Made by a program: the position numbers and the translations under genes
Shown here: in pieces, positions 25,735 through 37,636 of the stretch
How the letters are laid out: the number at the start of each line of letters is the position of its first letter
Position numbering within the stretch: the stretch's first letter is position 1
The notes under the pieces: generated by a model
What the model saw: the letters and a program-made list of their open reading frames with translations, nothing else
Told to the model about the DNA's origin: nothing
The model's database searches: none
Source of the DNA: Hemiscyllium ocellatum
Lineage: Eukaryota
DNA length: 64,000 nucleotides
Direction of reading: 5' to 3'
Assembly: GCF_020745735.1 (NCBI RefSeq)
Contig: NC_083409.1
Span: 13,329,259-13,393,258 of the forward strand

Positions 25735-26256
25735 CTGATAGAAACAGAAACAAAGTTTAAGAAGTCAAAAAGGAGCATGCATTCCATTATCACAATCAAT
25801 GGGATTGGTTAGTAAGCACAAGTTTCTCTTAAACTGTTGCTGTCAGAATATAGAAGAGATAGATGCTAAGTTAATTCTTCTCGTCCACCTCCACAAATTC
25901 TGTGGACCAGCACAAAGTGATAAACCAGACATTTGGGGGGAATCTGCAAAGGGCAACAGGTGTTGACACAGATGGAAGCGGGAGATGACCACTTCAGGAA
26001 GGGAATGGAGGGTTGACTTTGCCTGCTAAGCCTTACCAATGAAGCTCCATAAATTAGTGAGAAGGAAAAGATTCCATAGCCTCAGTCTCTGGTGCAAATG
26101 CTTTCAAAACACTGCAAAATGTGAGTGCATGACCCTCGACCACTTAATTTCACCAGGGTTATTACTTTTATCTGATTAACAATGGCCAGCATGAGGTCAA
26201 GAGTAACTGTTGATCTAATTACCATGAACAATTCATTTTGTATTCCTTCCACTTAC

Positions 26257-26371
26257 CCAGTCCGCTAATTTTTCGAGTAGCACTGCTCAAAGCTTTCTTA
26301 GTATCCATCACTGTGTCTGTCACTGCAGTAGTGGTGGGTACAGCTTCAAGCCTGTTTTCTATGTGCCGCAA
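26257..26371 (-). CDS. CEP350: CEP350 exon (115 nt, phase 0 to 1): LRHIENRLEAVPTTTAVTDTVMDTKKALSSATRKISGL
   Basis: catcccaag| acceptor, |gtaagt donor; strong match to the CEP350 N-terminal motif. Confidence 0.92.
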
Positions 26372-28032
26372 CTTGGGATGAAAGAAAAATAATGAATCAA
26401 ACACAATGCAAGTTAAAATAGTATGTTTCCTGCAGTAAAAACTCTTAGGATAGAGCCAGGCAGGAATCAAAGGGGAACTAGAAAACATGCAGGGTGTCAA
26501 ACATATATTTTGAGGGAAACTGGAAGCTAAGAAGCAGGAAATGTCAGGGTGAGACTGGGAAGTATGGAGCTAAAATGTTCAGCAGACAGAATGACCTGAG
26601 ATATGGAGGGGGGCAGGGCAGAAAAGAGTTGGAAAAGTAAACGGGAGCCACAAACAAATCTGTCCATAGGGACTTTGAAACTGAAGGACTGGGTTAAGGC
26701 AGAGAATGAAATTAAGTAACAAGAGGGTGATAAGCGAGCAGGGCGATGATGCAGAAGATAGAATGTGTAGAAATGTACAGCATGGAATTAAAGTTTTGGA
26801 ATGGTTTTGGTAGGTGCCACCCTGTCAGTCTTAGAGAGCTTCTGTAAGTGTATTAAGCAAATGGTACAGATTGGTGCTGAGTGTTGAAGGTGGAGGAAGT
26901 GCAGGTTTGTGCATGTGGTGTTAGCCCTCAGCTGTTCTGTCCCAAATAGTGTCAAGCTTCTTCAGTATTACCAGATCTGCACTCATCCAGGCAAGTTGAA
27001 AGTATTCCATCACACTACTGAATTGTGCAATGTAGATGGTGAACTGCAATATGTGCTAGTAATTCAACCAGGCAGCCAAAAACAATCATGGGACAGCAAA
27101 TGTTATTTTAACTGGCACTTTATGAACTGTTGCTCTTAATAAACCAACAAAAATCATACACCTGAAATACTCGAAGGTCACCGCATTTTCATGGTGTCAG
27201 AGTAGTCAGTTGAGGCTGTAAGTGAGAAGGCACTCTGCCATTAAGTTTTATTTAAGGCAAATGTGCATGCTTGTTTCAGTGAGTTATACGACAAATAAAG
27301 TGATGTGTATACCCCTGCATTAGGTTTCTATTACTAAGCGTTGATTATGTCAGTCTGTTTGACACTGGAATATTTGATCAACCAGCACTCCTGGTCCCAT
27401 TGGTGACAGTTAATAAAACATTTACTGTATCTTCAAACAGACATGGCGGGAAAGGCTTAGTAGGTCTGGCAGCATCTGTAGAGAGAAATCAGTTAACATT
27501 TCAGGTGCAGTGACTCTTCCTCACAACATGTAGAGAAATAAGAGTTATTGTTGCAGTGTTCAGAGGAAGGATCGCTGAACCAGAAATGATTACGGATTTC
27601 TCTCCACAGATGCTGCCAGACCTTCTGACCCTTTCCAGCAATTTTTTTTTGTTTCAGATTTCCAGCAGTTCTTATGGTTTTTGTGCTGTATATTCAATCA
27701 AGGTTTTGCTGGGGATCTGATTATCCAGTACTAACATCAACTGGTTATTATGTCATAACAATCGGAGCCCGACATCATAATATCTTCCTTGTAACAATGA
27801 CCAGAATTCAAAAAATACATCATTGGCAGAGAGCCATTTTGAGATGTCCCATAACCACAAAACTTCCGATTTAAATGTAAATATTTCTTTCTTTATGACA
27901 GTCCTTTGGCCATAGGATCAAATGATCTCTAATCTGCCACCCAGTATTGATGACTGAACCCAATAGTCACCACAACAGTGATTGAAGGCACTACAACTAA
28001 CTGGAGTAGTTTGCAAATCAGCACCACTGTAC

Positions 28033-28118
28033 CTTGCCTCGTATTTTGAATCTTTATCAGTCTCTGATTTAGGAGGGCTGACTTGTTAGATGTTTGACTC
28101 CACAACTTGTCAGCTCAC
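28033..28118 (-). pseudogene. CEP350: CEP350 first coding exon candidate (13 nt UTR + 73 nt coding), with TTG in place of ATG
   Basis: Acceptor tttgcttttgttttag, donor caag|gtacag. (L)WSQTSNKSALLNQRLIKIQNTRQ aligns without gaps to recalled human MRSSKSKEVPLPNPRNSQSKDTVQ (S3, S6, L11, N13, R15, T22, Q24 shared). Confidence 0.65.
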
Positions 28119-29114
28119 CTAAAACAAAAGCAAAGCAAGGATAATCAACAACACAGATTTTCAGATTCAGATTAGATTTCATTACAAGCTTGCAATCAGA
28201 AACTAGAATACTTATTTTGGATTTGGATTTTCAATTTGGTCTAAAACAGCAATATTAAGTCGACATTATTTAATGATAATGAAATACAACATTTTGTATA
28301 AACAATTGAAATCTGGTTTGTATACCAATGTTGAGCCTTACAGCACAATCAAATCCTTCACCAGTGTGAGACGTTCTCCAGTCCTGAGCGATAAATTGGC
28401 TTCAGTGAGGAATGTAAAAGAATTAAGTAGTAAGTTCAAACTACAGCATCTGTGTGTATATACACCAGAACCACAATCAAATAATGTCAGTAAGCATCAA
28501 CAGAAGCCCAAGCCCGTGTTCTCCTGGCTTTTATTACATAACAATTGGAGCCACAACACGCAACATCATAATACTTCCTTGGAACAATGACCAGAATTCA
28601 AAAAATATCTCACTCGCAGAGAGCCATTTTGTGCTGTCCCATAATAACAAAGATCACTGAACCAGAAATGTTAAAGGATTTCTCTCCACAAATGCTGCCA
28701 GACGTACTGAGCTTTCCAGCATTTTTTTTTTGTATCAGATTTCCAGCAGTTTTTTTGGTTTTTGTGCTGTATATTCAATCAAGGTTTTGCTGGGGATCTG
28801 ATTATCCAGTACTAACACCAACTGGTTGTTATGTCATAACAATCGGAGCCACGACATCATAATACCTTCCTTGTAACAATGATCAGAATTCAAAAGATAC
28901 ATCATTGGCAGAGAGCCATTTTGAGATATCACATAACCACAAAACTCCCGATTTAAATGTAAATATTTCTTTCTTTATAACGGTCCTTTGGCGATAGGAT
29001 CAAATTATCTCTAATCTGCCACACAGTATTGATGACTGAACCCAATAGTCACCACAACAGTGATTGAAGGCACTACAACTAACTGGAGTAGTTTGCAAAT
29101 CAGCACCACTGTAC

Positions 29115-29201
29115 CTTTGTCTCGTACTTCGACTCTTTATCAGTCTCTGATTCAGTAGGACTGACTTGTTAGATGTTCTACTCCACAACTTGTCAACTGA
29201 C
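29115..29201 (-). pseudogene. CEP350: Duplicate of CEP350 first coding exon (87 nt, 1 nt longer than the other copy, so out of phase)
   Basis: Acceptor ttttgttttag, donor aag|gtacag. Reads (L)WSRTSNKSVLLNQRLIKSRSTRQ with TTG at the expected ATG position. Confidence 0.6.
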
Positions 29202-31149
29202 CTAAAACAAAAGCAAAGCAAAGATAATCAACAACACAGATTTTCAGATTCAGCTTAGATTACATTCCAAGCTTGCAATCAGAAACTCAAATATTTATTT
29301 TGGATTTGGATTTTCAATGTTTATTTGCATTACAACATTTGGTCAAAAAAAGTAAAATTAAGTAGACATTATTTAATGATAATAAAATACAACATTTTGT
29401 ATAAACAATTGAATTCTGCTTGGTATACCAACATCGAGCATCAAATCCTTCACCAGTGTGGGATGTTCTCCAGTCCTGAGAGATAATGTAGCTTCAGTGA
29501 AGAATGTGCAAGTAGTAAGTAGTAGGTTCAAACTAGGAGCATCTGTATGTGTATACACCAGAACCAAAATCAAATAATGTCAGTAACCATCAACAGAAGC
29601 CCAAGTCCTTGTTCCCCGGTTATTTTGCCATAACAATTTGAGCCATGACATCATAATACCTACCTTGTAACAATGACCAGAATTCAAACAATACCTCATT
29701 CACAGAGAGCCATTTTGAGATGTCCCATAACCACAAAGGTCACTGAATCAGAAATGTTCACGGATTTCTGTCCAAAGATGCTGCCAGACCTGCTGGGCTT
29801 TTCTAGCAATTTTTGTTTTTGTTTCAGATTTCCAGCAGCTCTTTTGGTGTCTGTGCTGTATATTCAACCAAGTTTTTGCTGGGAATCTGATTATCCAGAT
29901 TATCATGATCACCAAGTGGCTATTATGGCAGAACAATTGGAACTATGACGTCATAATACCTCCCTTGGAACAATGACCAGAATTCAAAAAGTACTTCATT
30001 GGCAGAGAGCTATTTTGAGATGCCCCAGAACCACAAAACTCACTATTTAGATGTAAGTATTTCTTTCTTTATAACAGTCCTTTGGCCAAATATTTGCCCC
30101 TGCAAATATTTGGTTGTTTTTCTGAGACTCTACCATTCATTAAACAACTGCTAATCTGGCCAAGTCCCATTTCCTGGTCCCTACATTATCTCGTCTCTCT
30201 TCCTTCTCGCAATGTAAATGTTCCATTTCTGTAAATTAATGGTTAATAGTCATTTACTGACGTTAGTAGAATTAAACCATGACTGACATTTTTTTTCTTA
30301 CATGACAGACCTCTTTTCACAACTCTATCAGTTCACCTCACGTTAAATGCATCTTCCCTTTCCACAAGACAAATTATTTATCAGAAATGTGCAATAAATA
30401 CATTGTAACATTTGTCATTCTGATTGAGACAGAGTCACAGAGAGTCACAGAGAGAAATAGATTGTCACAGAGTGTCACAAAGAGTCCAATAGTCACAGAC
30501 AGCCACAGCATAGAAATCTTTTCCGAACATGAGATATACATAACCAAACAGGGAGTTTGATAAAGCAACTACAGCAGGTGGTAAAAGGTCACAATAGGGA
30601 TATGTTACTGCAGCTGCAATCTGCAGAGAAAGTCCAACTTATGCTCAGACACAAATGCCCAATTTGTGTCTGGCAGGTCAACTTCCCTTATATGGTGAAA
30701 ATAAAGAGAATTAGCCAAGGAAAGCCTCCACCACCCGCCCTTGGAAAATGGTGGATAAATGAGCTCTTCAAATATTATTGCCTGTTACAGCAAATGCCTT
30801 TGATACAGAAACAAAGAATGGTTCGAACAAACATTTATTTGAAAGTGACTGTAAAGTTAGAGGTTGGCTTGTGTCATGGCAGAGATGTTTCTCATCAGGA
30901 ACTGGAAAAGAGCTGACACACGGTTATATGCTGTGACTACTCTGAAGGTTAAATGATAGTTCCAATTTTTAAAAAATAACTGAGGGAGAAAGGTAAATCA
31001 ATTTGATGACGATTAGTTTGGGACACTTGATGTTGTTGTGAACGTACTATTCACTGCAAACAATTAAACACAACCCAGAACAGCCATGTGCTTTTCAGGT
31101 AATAATGTAGATTTACAAGGAAGCACAACATTAAAACAATGGAACAATT

Positions 31150-31313
31150 TACAGAGGAACCTCGATTACCCAAGCGACATGGGTAAGGAGTGTTTTGTTT
31201 GGATAATTGAATGCTGGGTAATACAGTTTAGCCAAGCATCGGGATCTTACGATCTACTTTGGATGATCCGAAATTCAGATAATCGAATGCCAGATAATCG
31301 AGGCTCTTCTGCA
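31150..31313. mobile_element. Tc1/pogo-like MITE
   Basis: TIRs tacagaggaacctcgatta / taatcgaggctcttctgca. Confidence 0.65.
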
Positions 31314-31706
31314 TGTAGATTAATCAAATATCCTATAAATCAAAGAGATTTAATATTTTAAACAATAAAGTCTGATCATCTGCTTGGTCTTTCGCTGTTC
31401 TCTATCAATTGAGGCCTTCAGGGCAATGAATAAAAGTTATTGACATGAGAATATGTGGAAGGGTTGATAATTCAGGAAATTAGTTGGTTCTCTATTGATT
31501 TAGACAAATAAAGAGGATCAGAATGGGAGCAATATGATATAATGTGCACACCACACCCAAAGGGTATTTCATCACAACTGTGCCACTTATTTTAAGAGCA
31601 GGAAAGGTCCGTCACTGACCAGATAGCAGTTGTGTAGCCTGAGACAGCAGATTGTGGGTTCAAATCCCACCAGAGATTTGAGCAGATCTCTCAGGCAGAC
31701 ATTTCA

Positions 31707-31931
31707 CTCCAGGTAGTTCTTCTATAACATAATGGTTGCATTGCTGTCCAACCCCCATGATATCGGAAAATCACATTTTAGAAACAGCACTTAAAGTCTT
31801 CGCGATGTAATCAGGTTACAGCCAACACACGTTTTCAGAGTTCGTGCTTTAGAAAGAGTGTCTCCAATTTGTCGATCGTGTTATAGCAAATTTGTGTTAA
31901 CGAAATGCAAGTTATAGCAGAATGACCTGTA
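31707..31931. mobile_element. Tc1/pogo (Tigger-like) MITE
   Basis: TIRs caggtagttctctataac / gttatagcagaatgacctg followed by TA. Confidence 0.65.
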
Positions 31932-33068
31932 CAGTACTGAGGGTGTACTGCACTATTTTATTGATGGTGTCTTTCTGATGTGACGGATGCAGAAGACCTC
32001 AGCATTCTGGTCAATGTTTATTTCAACAGACTATCCTATTCAACAATTTGCTATTTTGATGAACCTAATATGCTCAAATTGTATTTTGTATTTGCTATTT
32101 CATAAACTACAAAGTGTTCACTGGTTGTAAGTCACATAAAGAAATTTCCATGATTGTAAATGGTGCCATTTAAAACAAGTTTTCTTTTCTTTTCTGAAGT
32201 TGCATAGATCAATACCAGACAACAGACACAGGCCCTGTTATACGATTACACACAACACTGTGATATTGTTACACACCACCGAGCTGAAGTGTTCTGCAAC
32301 TGATCAATCTCCAAGCTGTAGGGAACGGCTTCAACTTCGGCAGGAAAGGGAAGAAAATCCATCCAGTGATTCCCCTTTGCCAAGTGCACTCATGTGGGAT
32401 GAATCAGCCCTCTGATTCCTTCTCTAATTTGCCAGGCAACACATGATAAAGGTTCAGAAAAAGAAAGTGATTACTTGGCCAAATTCTCAGTCAGAATAGG
32501 GAGAACAGGGAAGAAAATTGAGAAAATAAATTTCCATTCCAAGAAAAAGAAATTGAGGTCAGGGTCAACACCTTACAGGAATAATCATCTTTCTACATTA
32601 AAAAGGTTATGATGGCACATTTCATTTTCTAGATACTTCTGGGTTCAGATACAGTCTGACATTTTCAAACACTAACCCTGCCAACTTGAAAACTTCAAAG
32701 ATACTTCTGACACTACAAATGAGTCAGCACCTTAGGCACATCACCTCCACACACGCTCTCTGACTTGCTCCTTCATCACTAATAGCTCTATTTAATCTCA
32801 AATCACCTACCACCATTACAAGGCCCACTGCTGTTCAAAAAGGTGGCTCATGTTATCGGGATGATTGCCTGTTAAGTGAAACCGCGCCAAAACTGCACAT
32901 GTCTGAGAACTCTAAATACTGCAACAGAATGAGGAAACCAGTAGACTGCTGAGACTGAAATTTACATCAGTTGACAGGAAGAAACTGAAGAAAACCAGAG
33001 GCGAAACACCATCAGTACACTACAACCAAAAGATACTCCTCTCCAAACATTGCTGAAATTCTACAGAG

Positions 33069-33275
33069 TTAAAAAACACACAACACCAGGTTATAGTCCA
33101 AAAGGTTTATTTGGAAGCACTAGTTTTCAGAGTGCTGCTCCTTCATCAGGTAGCTGTGGACCAGGATCATATGATCCTTTGTTTTATGATCCTGCTCGAC
33201 AACCACCTGATGAAGGAGCAGCACTCTGAAAGCTAGTACAGTACTTCCAAGTAAACCAGCTGGACTCCAACCTGC
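33069..33275. mobile_element. Palindromic Penelope-tail element (third family) with two opposed hammerhead cores
   Basis: Plus strand cctgatgaaggagcagcactctgaaagctag (33206-33236) and its inverted copy at 33120-33150. Confidence 0.75.
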
Positions 33276-33579
33276 TATGCTCATGATTTAGTTATAATGC
33301 GACTCTAGAATGTACGTTATCTTCCCTGCCGGACTGGAGCTACTTCTGCCTGAGGCTGGTTGGCGAGAGCCTGGGTGTATCCAGTACACCAGTGTTTATC
33401 AACTGATGACAACAGTGCACGTGGCTTTCCATTTGAAGTGAAATTTGAGAATAGTTACACAGTTTAACAGTATCACCATTTATACAATGGAAGTCTCTTG
33501 GATGAGGCCTTATTAGATTACAACTAACATAATGTGGCCTTCCAACATGAAAAGGTTCCCCACCTCTGAAACAGACCAT

Positions 33580-34200
33580 TCAGCCCAAGTTCACTTCACC
33601 TTTCAGTAAGCTTATGGGTTATCTGATAGTCTGCAATTCCACTTTCCTGCCTGTTCACATAACCTTCTATTTTCTTACAGAACAAAAATTAATTTTAGCT
33701 TTGAATATGTTTAGCTTCCCAGCCCTGACAATCCTGTGGTAAAGAATTCCACAGATTCACTGCCCTGAGAAGGAACTCCTCCTAACTGGTTTCAAATGAG
33801 CGACCCCTTACTCCGAGTTTATGCCCTCTGGCCCTAGACTTTATCACAAAGGTGAAACACTCTCTCAGCATCTACCCTGTCAAGTCTTCTAAAAATTCCT
33901 TATGTTTCAATGAGGGTCCCTCTCATTCTTTTAAACTCCAATCAATACGAGACTAACTTATTCAACCTGTCATAAGAAAATCCCTCCATCCACAGAATTA
34001 ACAGTGAAATTTTACTGGATTATCTCAAATACCAGTATATTTTTCCTCAGATAAGGGGATCAAACTCTTCATGGTACTTTAGGTTTGATTTTAGGTATAA
34101 TTTTAGCAAGACCTCTCTATTTTTACACACTGCTCCCTTTGAAATAAAGACCAACAGCACTTTGCCTTCACTATTACCTGCTGAGCTCAGCCTCTCCATT
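33580..34200 (-). mobile_element. CR1 LINE 3' fragment
   Basis: gtaaagaattccacagattcact / ttatgtttcaatgagggtccctctcattcttttaaactcc are typical reverse-strand CR1 ends; similar fragments at about 8590-9130, 43890-44760, 47690-48070 and 62540-62720. Confidence 0.7.
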
Positions 34201-34670
34201 TATATGAATTCATTTTAAATGAATCAGCCACCAGAAGAATAATTCCATCTGAATAACAGTAGAAATAGGTTAGCAAATGCAAAAACCATGAACTTATCAC
34301 AAAGAAGGCACCAGAACAGCATCAAACATGAAACACCTTTCCATGTTTCCTTCTTGTTGGTAAACAAAGAATTTGGGGTTTTTTTTGGTGGGGGAGGTGG
34401 GAATCTAGCAAATTAGATATTGCTGACAGAATCAAGGATGACCTATGTAGAAAGGAATCTGAACCACTTTAATCAGAGTAGGTGAGAACATCAAGTTTCC
34501 ATCCATTAAAGACATGAATAAACTATTTGTTGCAACAATGCATATGCCGGCACAATCGTTTGTTTGGAGGAGCTCATAAATGCTATAAATGCAGCGGTGC
34601 CAACTGCGGGCTGCTAGTCTAGGAAATAAAGTAACTAGTATGGAATATATGGAAGTTAATTTGGCAGTCA

Positions 34671-35082
34671 TGTCATTAATTTAGTGGAGTAATGCATGCA
34701 TAGTGTCATGTTACAGGGCTCAGGTAACAGATAATGGTAGCACACTCTGATAGGCTAGTTAAATCGCACGATAGATGAGCTAATGCTAAAGACGATGGTT
34801 GCGTAATGTGAAAGGTTAACTGTAAGCGGTAGACCAGTGTGTCAGACGATGATTAGTTTAGAGAGACAAAGCAAGCTAGTATGATTGGTTATGCTAATGC
34901 GATCAGATTAGTGTAGAAACTAGGAAAATATAAACTGGAGAGACTTCAGGAGGAGGGTGGGCAGACAGGACATATAGTTTTTGATTGCCACAGCTTGTAT
35001 TTGCAAATAAAAGTTTAACTTCATAAAGAATTTTCTGCATCTCCTGGTAATTTTCTTAGAGTAGTGGGTGTTCTTTCCACCA
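34671..35082 (+). mobile_element. Candidate solo LTR
   Basis: TG start, TATAAA near 34928, AATAAA near 35007, CA end; no TSD found and the 5' boundary is uncertain. Confidence 0.4.
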
Positions 35083-35089
35083 CACCCCT

Positions 35090-37636
35090 CACAATCTCAG
35101 TCTCTTGTTTGAAATCTAGAATGAATCATTAATCTCTGGGAGAATGTCCTCTTTGGCAACATTGAGTGTGAAGGTCAATGACACTCTCATTGTGACTTGA
35201 TCTGGGTTGTCTCCAGTTAGTTTGTGCTTTGGTTCTGGGCCCAGACAGGCCTGACCAAACTGAGAGGGGAGGGAGAAGCAATAACATCCTCAGACAGAAA
35301 GGATACTCCCAGCAAGGGAGAGAGAGCATTAAAAGGGAGACCCCTCAAAGAGTGGGAACAGCAACAGCAACGCTCCCCAAAGCAGGAGAGGAGACAGTAA
35401 CAGCGAGACCGCCTGGGGAGGGAAAGGGGACTGGAACTGCGATGCTCCCCAAAGAGAGAGAGGGGACAGGAACAGTGACACTCCTCAGGGTGGGGAGATC
35501 AGGAATTGCTTGTTCCCCACTTTCTCGCTGTGCTGTGATGTATGTTTCTGGGAAATTAGATTGTTTTATATTTTCACAGTAGACGAGGTGATTCACTAAC
35601 AAGTATTCCAATTCCATATTTCCTATCACAGCAGATCCATTGAAGGTCATCCTTTCATTTGGAGCTTGCCCAGGTTTCTGTCCAGGCTGATACAGCATGA
35701 TCTACCAGTGCTGCTCCTATTGGGCTAAACCATCACACACGAGGGAACCTGACGGGCACTTTCTCTTTGTGCTGGCAAAGGGAGAGATTTGCTTTTACTG
35801 CGATGATGGCCAAAGAAATGAGCCAGTGGAGGTAGTTCCAGCTGAATATCATGTTCTGATGTTCATGATGGGATTAACCTCGATAGTTCCCATTTGCTTT
35901 AAACACCAACAGTGGAACAGGAAGTCACCACGCAGTGGTCTCCTGGCTCACACTGAGAAATCAAGTTGATGGTATAACTGTAGAGAGCAAGGCAATGGCT
36001 TGGACTCACCGAACAACCAGAGGCTTCAGCCAACAACTGGGTCACAGGCAAATGGCGTGTTGTATAAACTCTCAGTATCTCAGGGAACAAACACAACTAC
36101 TGAGCTACAAAACTGAACAGGATATTTTTATTGCCGATTAGCATTCCAAAAATCAATTTGAAACATAACAATTATAAAACCTGGGTGCAATCTCATTTCA
36201 AATATAGCTACAAATACGACAGCCTTTTCTTTGAATGCTAGACGATAGTGAGATGAGAATTCAAACACCCACCCAGCCCTTCACTCGGTGTTGAAGACGC
36301 ACTGTCCTCATTTGCAAATGTCTCAATAACACATAAGGAGAGAAAAATATTGAAAACAGTATTATCATGAGAACGTGTCCATTAAAAACGAGTACAATGA
36401 TGTTAAATTATTCCAGCCATAGACAACACTGATGCATGTATGTCATTAGCTTGTTAATCAATATCAAAAAGTCTGTGATCAGAAAGAGAAAAAGGACAAT
36501 GAGCAGATTGTTGAACAGGCCCCTACACCTGGGCCTGAGGCAGGAGGAAGTGAGGACTGCAGATGCTGGAGATCAGAGCTGAAAATGTGTTGCTGGAAAA
36601 GCGCAGCAGGTCAGGCAGAATCTAAGGAGCAGGAGAATCGACGTTTCGGGCATGAGCCCTTTTTCAGGAATGAGGAAAGTGTGTCCAGCAGGCTAAGATA
36701 AAAAGTAGGGAGGAGGGACTTGGGGGAGGAGCATTGGAAATGCGATAGGTGGAAGGAGGTCAAGATGAGGGTGATAGGCCAGAGTGGGGGTGGGGGCGGA
36801 GAGGTCAGGAAGAAGATTGCAGGTTAGGAAGGCGGTGCTGAGTTTGAGGGATTTGACTGAGACAAGGTGGAGGGGAGGGGAAATTAGGAAACTGGAGAAA
36901 TCTAGGTTCATCCCTTGTGGTTGGAGGGTTCCTAGGCGGAAGGCGCTCTTCCTCCAACTGTCGTGTTGCTATGGTCTGGCGATGGAGGAGTCCAAGGACC
37001 TGCATGTCCTTGGTGGAGTGGGAGGCGGAGTTGAAGTGTTGAGCCATGGGGTGGTTGCGTTGGTTGGTCCGGGTGTCCCAGAGGTGTTCCCTGAAACGTT
37101 CCGCAATTAGGCGGCCTGTCTCCCCTATATAGAGGAGGCCACATTGGGTGCAGCAGATGCAGTAAATGATGTGTGTGGAGGTGCAGGTGAATTTGTGGCG
37201 GATATGGAAGGATCCCTTGGGGCCTTGGAGGGAAGTAAAGGGGGGAGGTGTGGGCGCAAGTTTTGCATTTCTTGCGGTTGCAGGATAAGGTCCCGGGAGT
37301 GGAGGTTGGGTTGATGGGGAGTGTGGACCTGACGAGGGAGTCAAGGAGGGAGAGGTCTTTTCGGAACGCTGATAAGGGAGGGGAGGGAAATATATCTCAG
37401 TCAAATCCCTCGAACTCAGCACCGCTTTCCTAACCTGCAATCTTCTTCCTGACCTCTCCGCCACCATCCCCACTCTCGCCTATCACCCTCACCTTGACCT
37501 CCTTTCACCTATCGCATTTCCAACGCCCCTCCCCCCAGTCCATCCTGAGGCAGGAGCCCAAGCTCCAACACACTGGCCTCACTTCACACCAACCTTCACA
37601 CAGTGCGGGGTCATGAACTCCGGCCATCAATTCCTC
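35090..37636 (+). repeat. Copy A of a ~2.3 kb duplicated unit (interrupted by a Penelope fragment)
   Basis: Reverse complement of about 45660-47480; shared ORF MLYQPGQKPGQAPNERMTF appears in both copies. Confidence 0.9.
36547..37543 (-). mobile_element. Penelope-like 3' fragment (GIY-YIG + tail) with inverted partial tail copy and 13-bp TSD
   Basis: IIYCICCTQCGLLYIGETGR...RFREHL...AQHFN motif. 37399-37540 is an inverted copy of about 36716-36861. cctgaggcaggag at 36534-36546 and 37544-37556. Confidence 0.88.

Larger units (their letters stand above)
2352..29201 (-). pseudogene. CEP350: CEP350-like partial, internally deleted paralog (pseudogene or truncated gene); continues beyond the left edge of the window
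   Basis: Chain of 14 exons with matching intron phases and (mostly GT-AG) splice sites. Translations match recalled vertebrate CEP350 motifs in the correct order: LRHIENRLE, AQQE(T/S)VSLAQI, FDESMTEDEIEEQSF, FSGGQDS..KFTMEMVRQY, KEKTKAELAWLEHQKK, RQLILKQQEEI, MRS..DEK. The central N-terminal exons are missing and the start codon position is TTG. Confidence 0.9.
27574..30087. repeat. Tandem duplication of a ~1.08 kb unit (2 full copies + 1 partial) with a nested ~105-bp sub-repeat (5 copies)
   Basis: Unit start ctgaa(c/t)cagaaatg at about 27575, 28657 and 29744; sub-repeat aacaatgaccagaattcaaa...cagagagccattttg at about 27755, 28537, 28836, 29628 and 29925. Confidence 0.92.

Noticed and set aside
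26372-28032. Expected 47-nt CEP350 exon (..LSQTKAA)
   Set aside because: Searched by eye and not found, so it is not annotated.
27574-30087. Regularly recurring ~105-bp motif as a repeat-spacer array
   Set aside because: The intervening sequences are themselves duplicates, so this is explained by tandem duplication.
35495-35535. RSS-like CACAGCG-12-ACAAGCAAT (minus strand) after the V-like ghost
   Set aside because: Nonamer matches only 5/9, it lies too far from the YC motif, and it is not retained in copy B.
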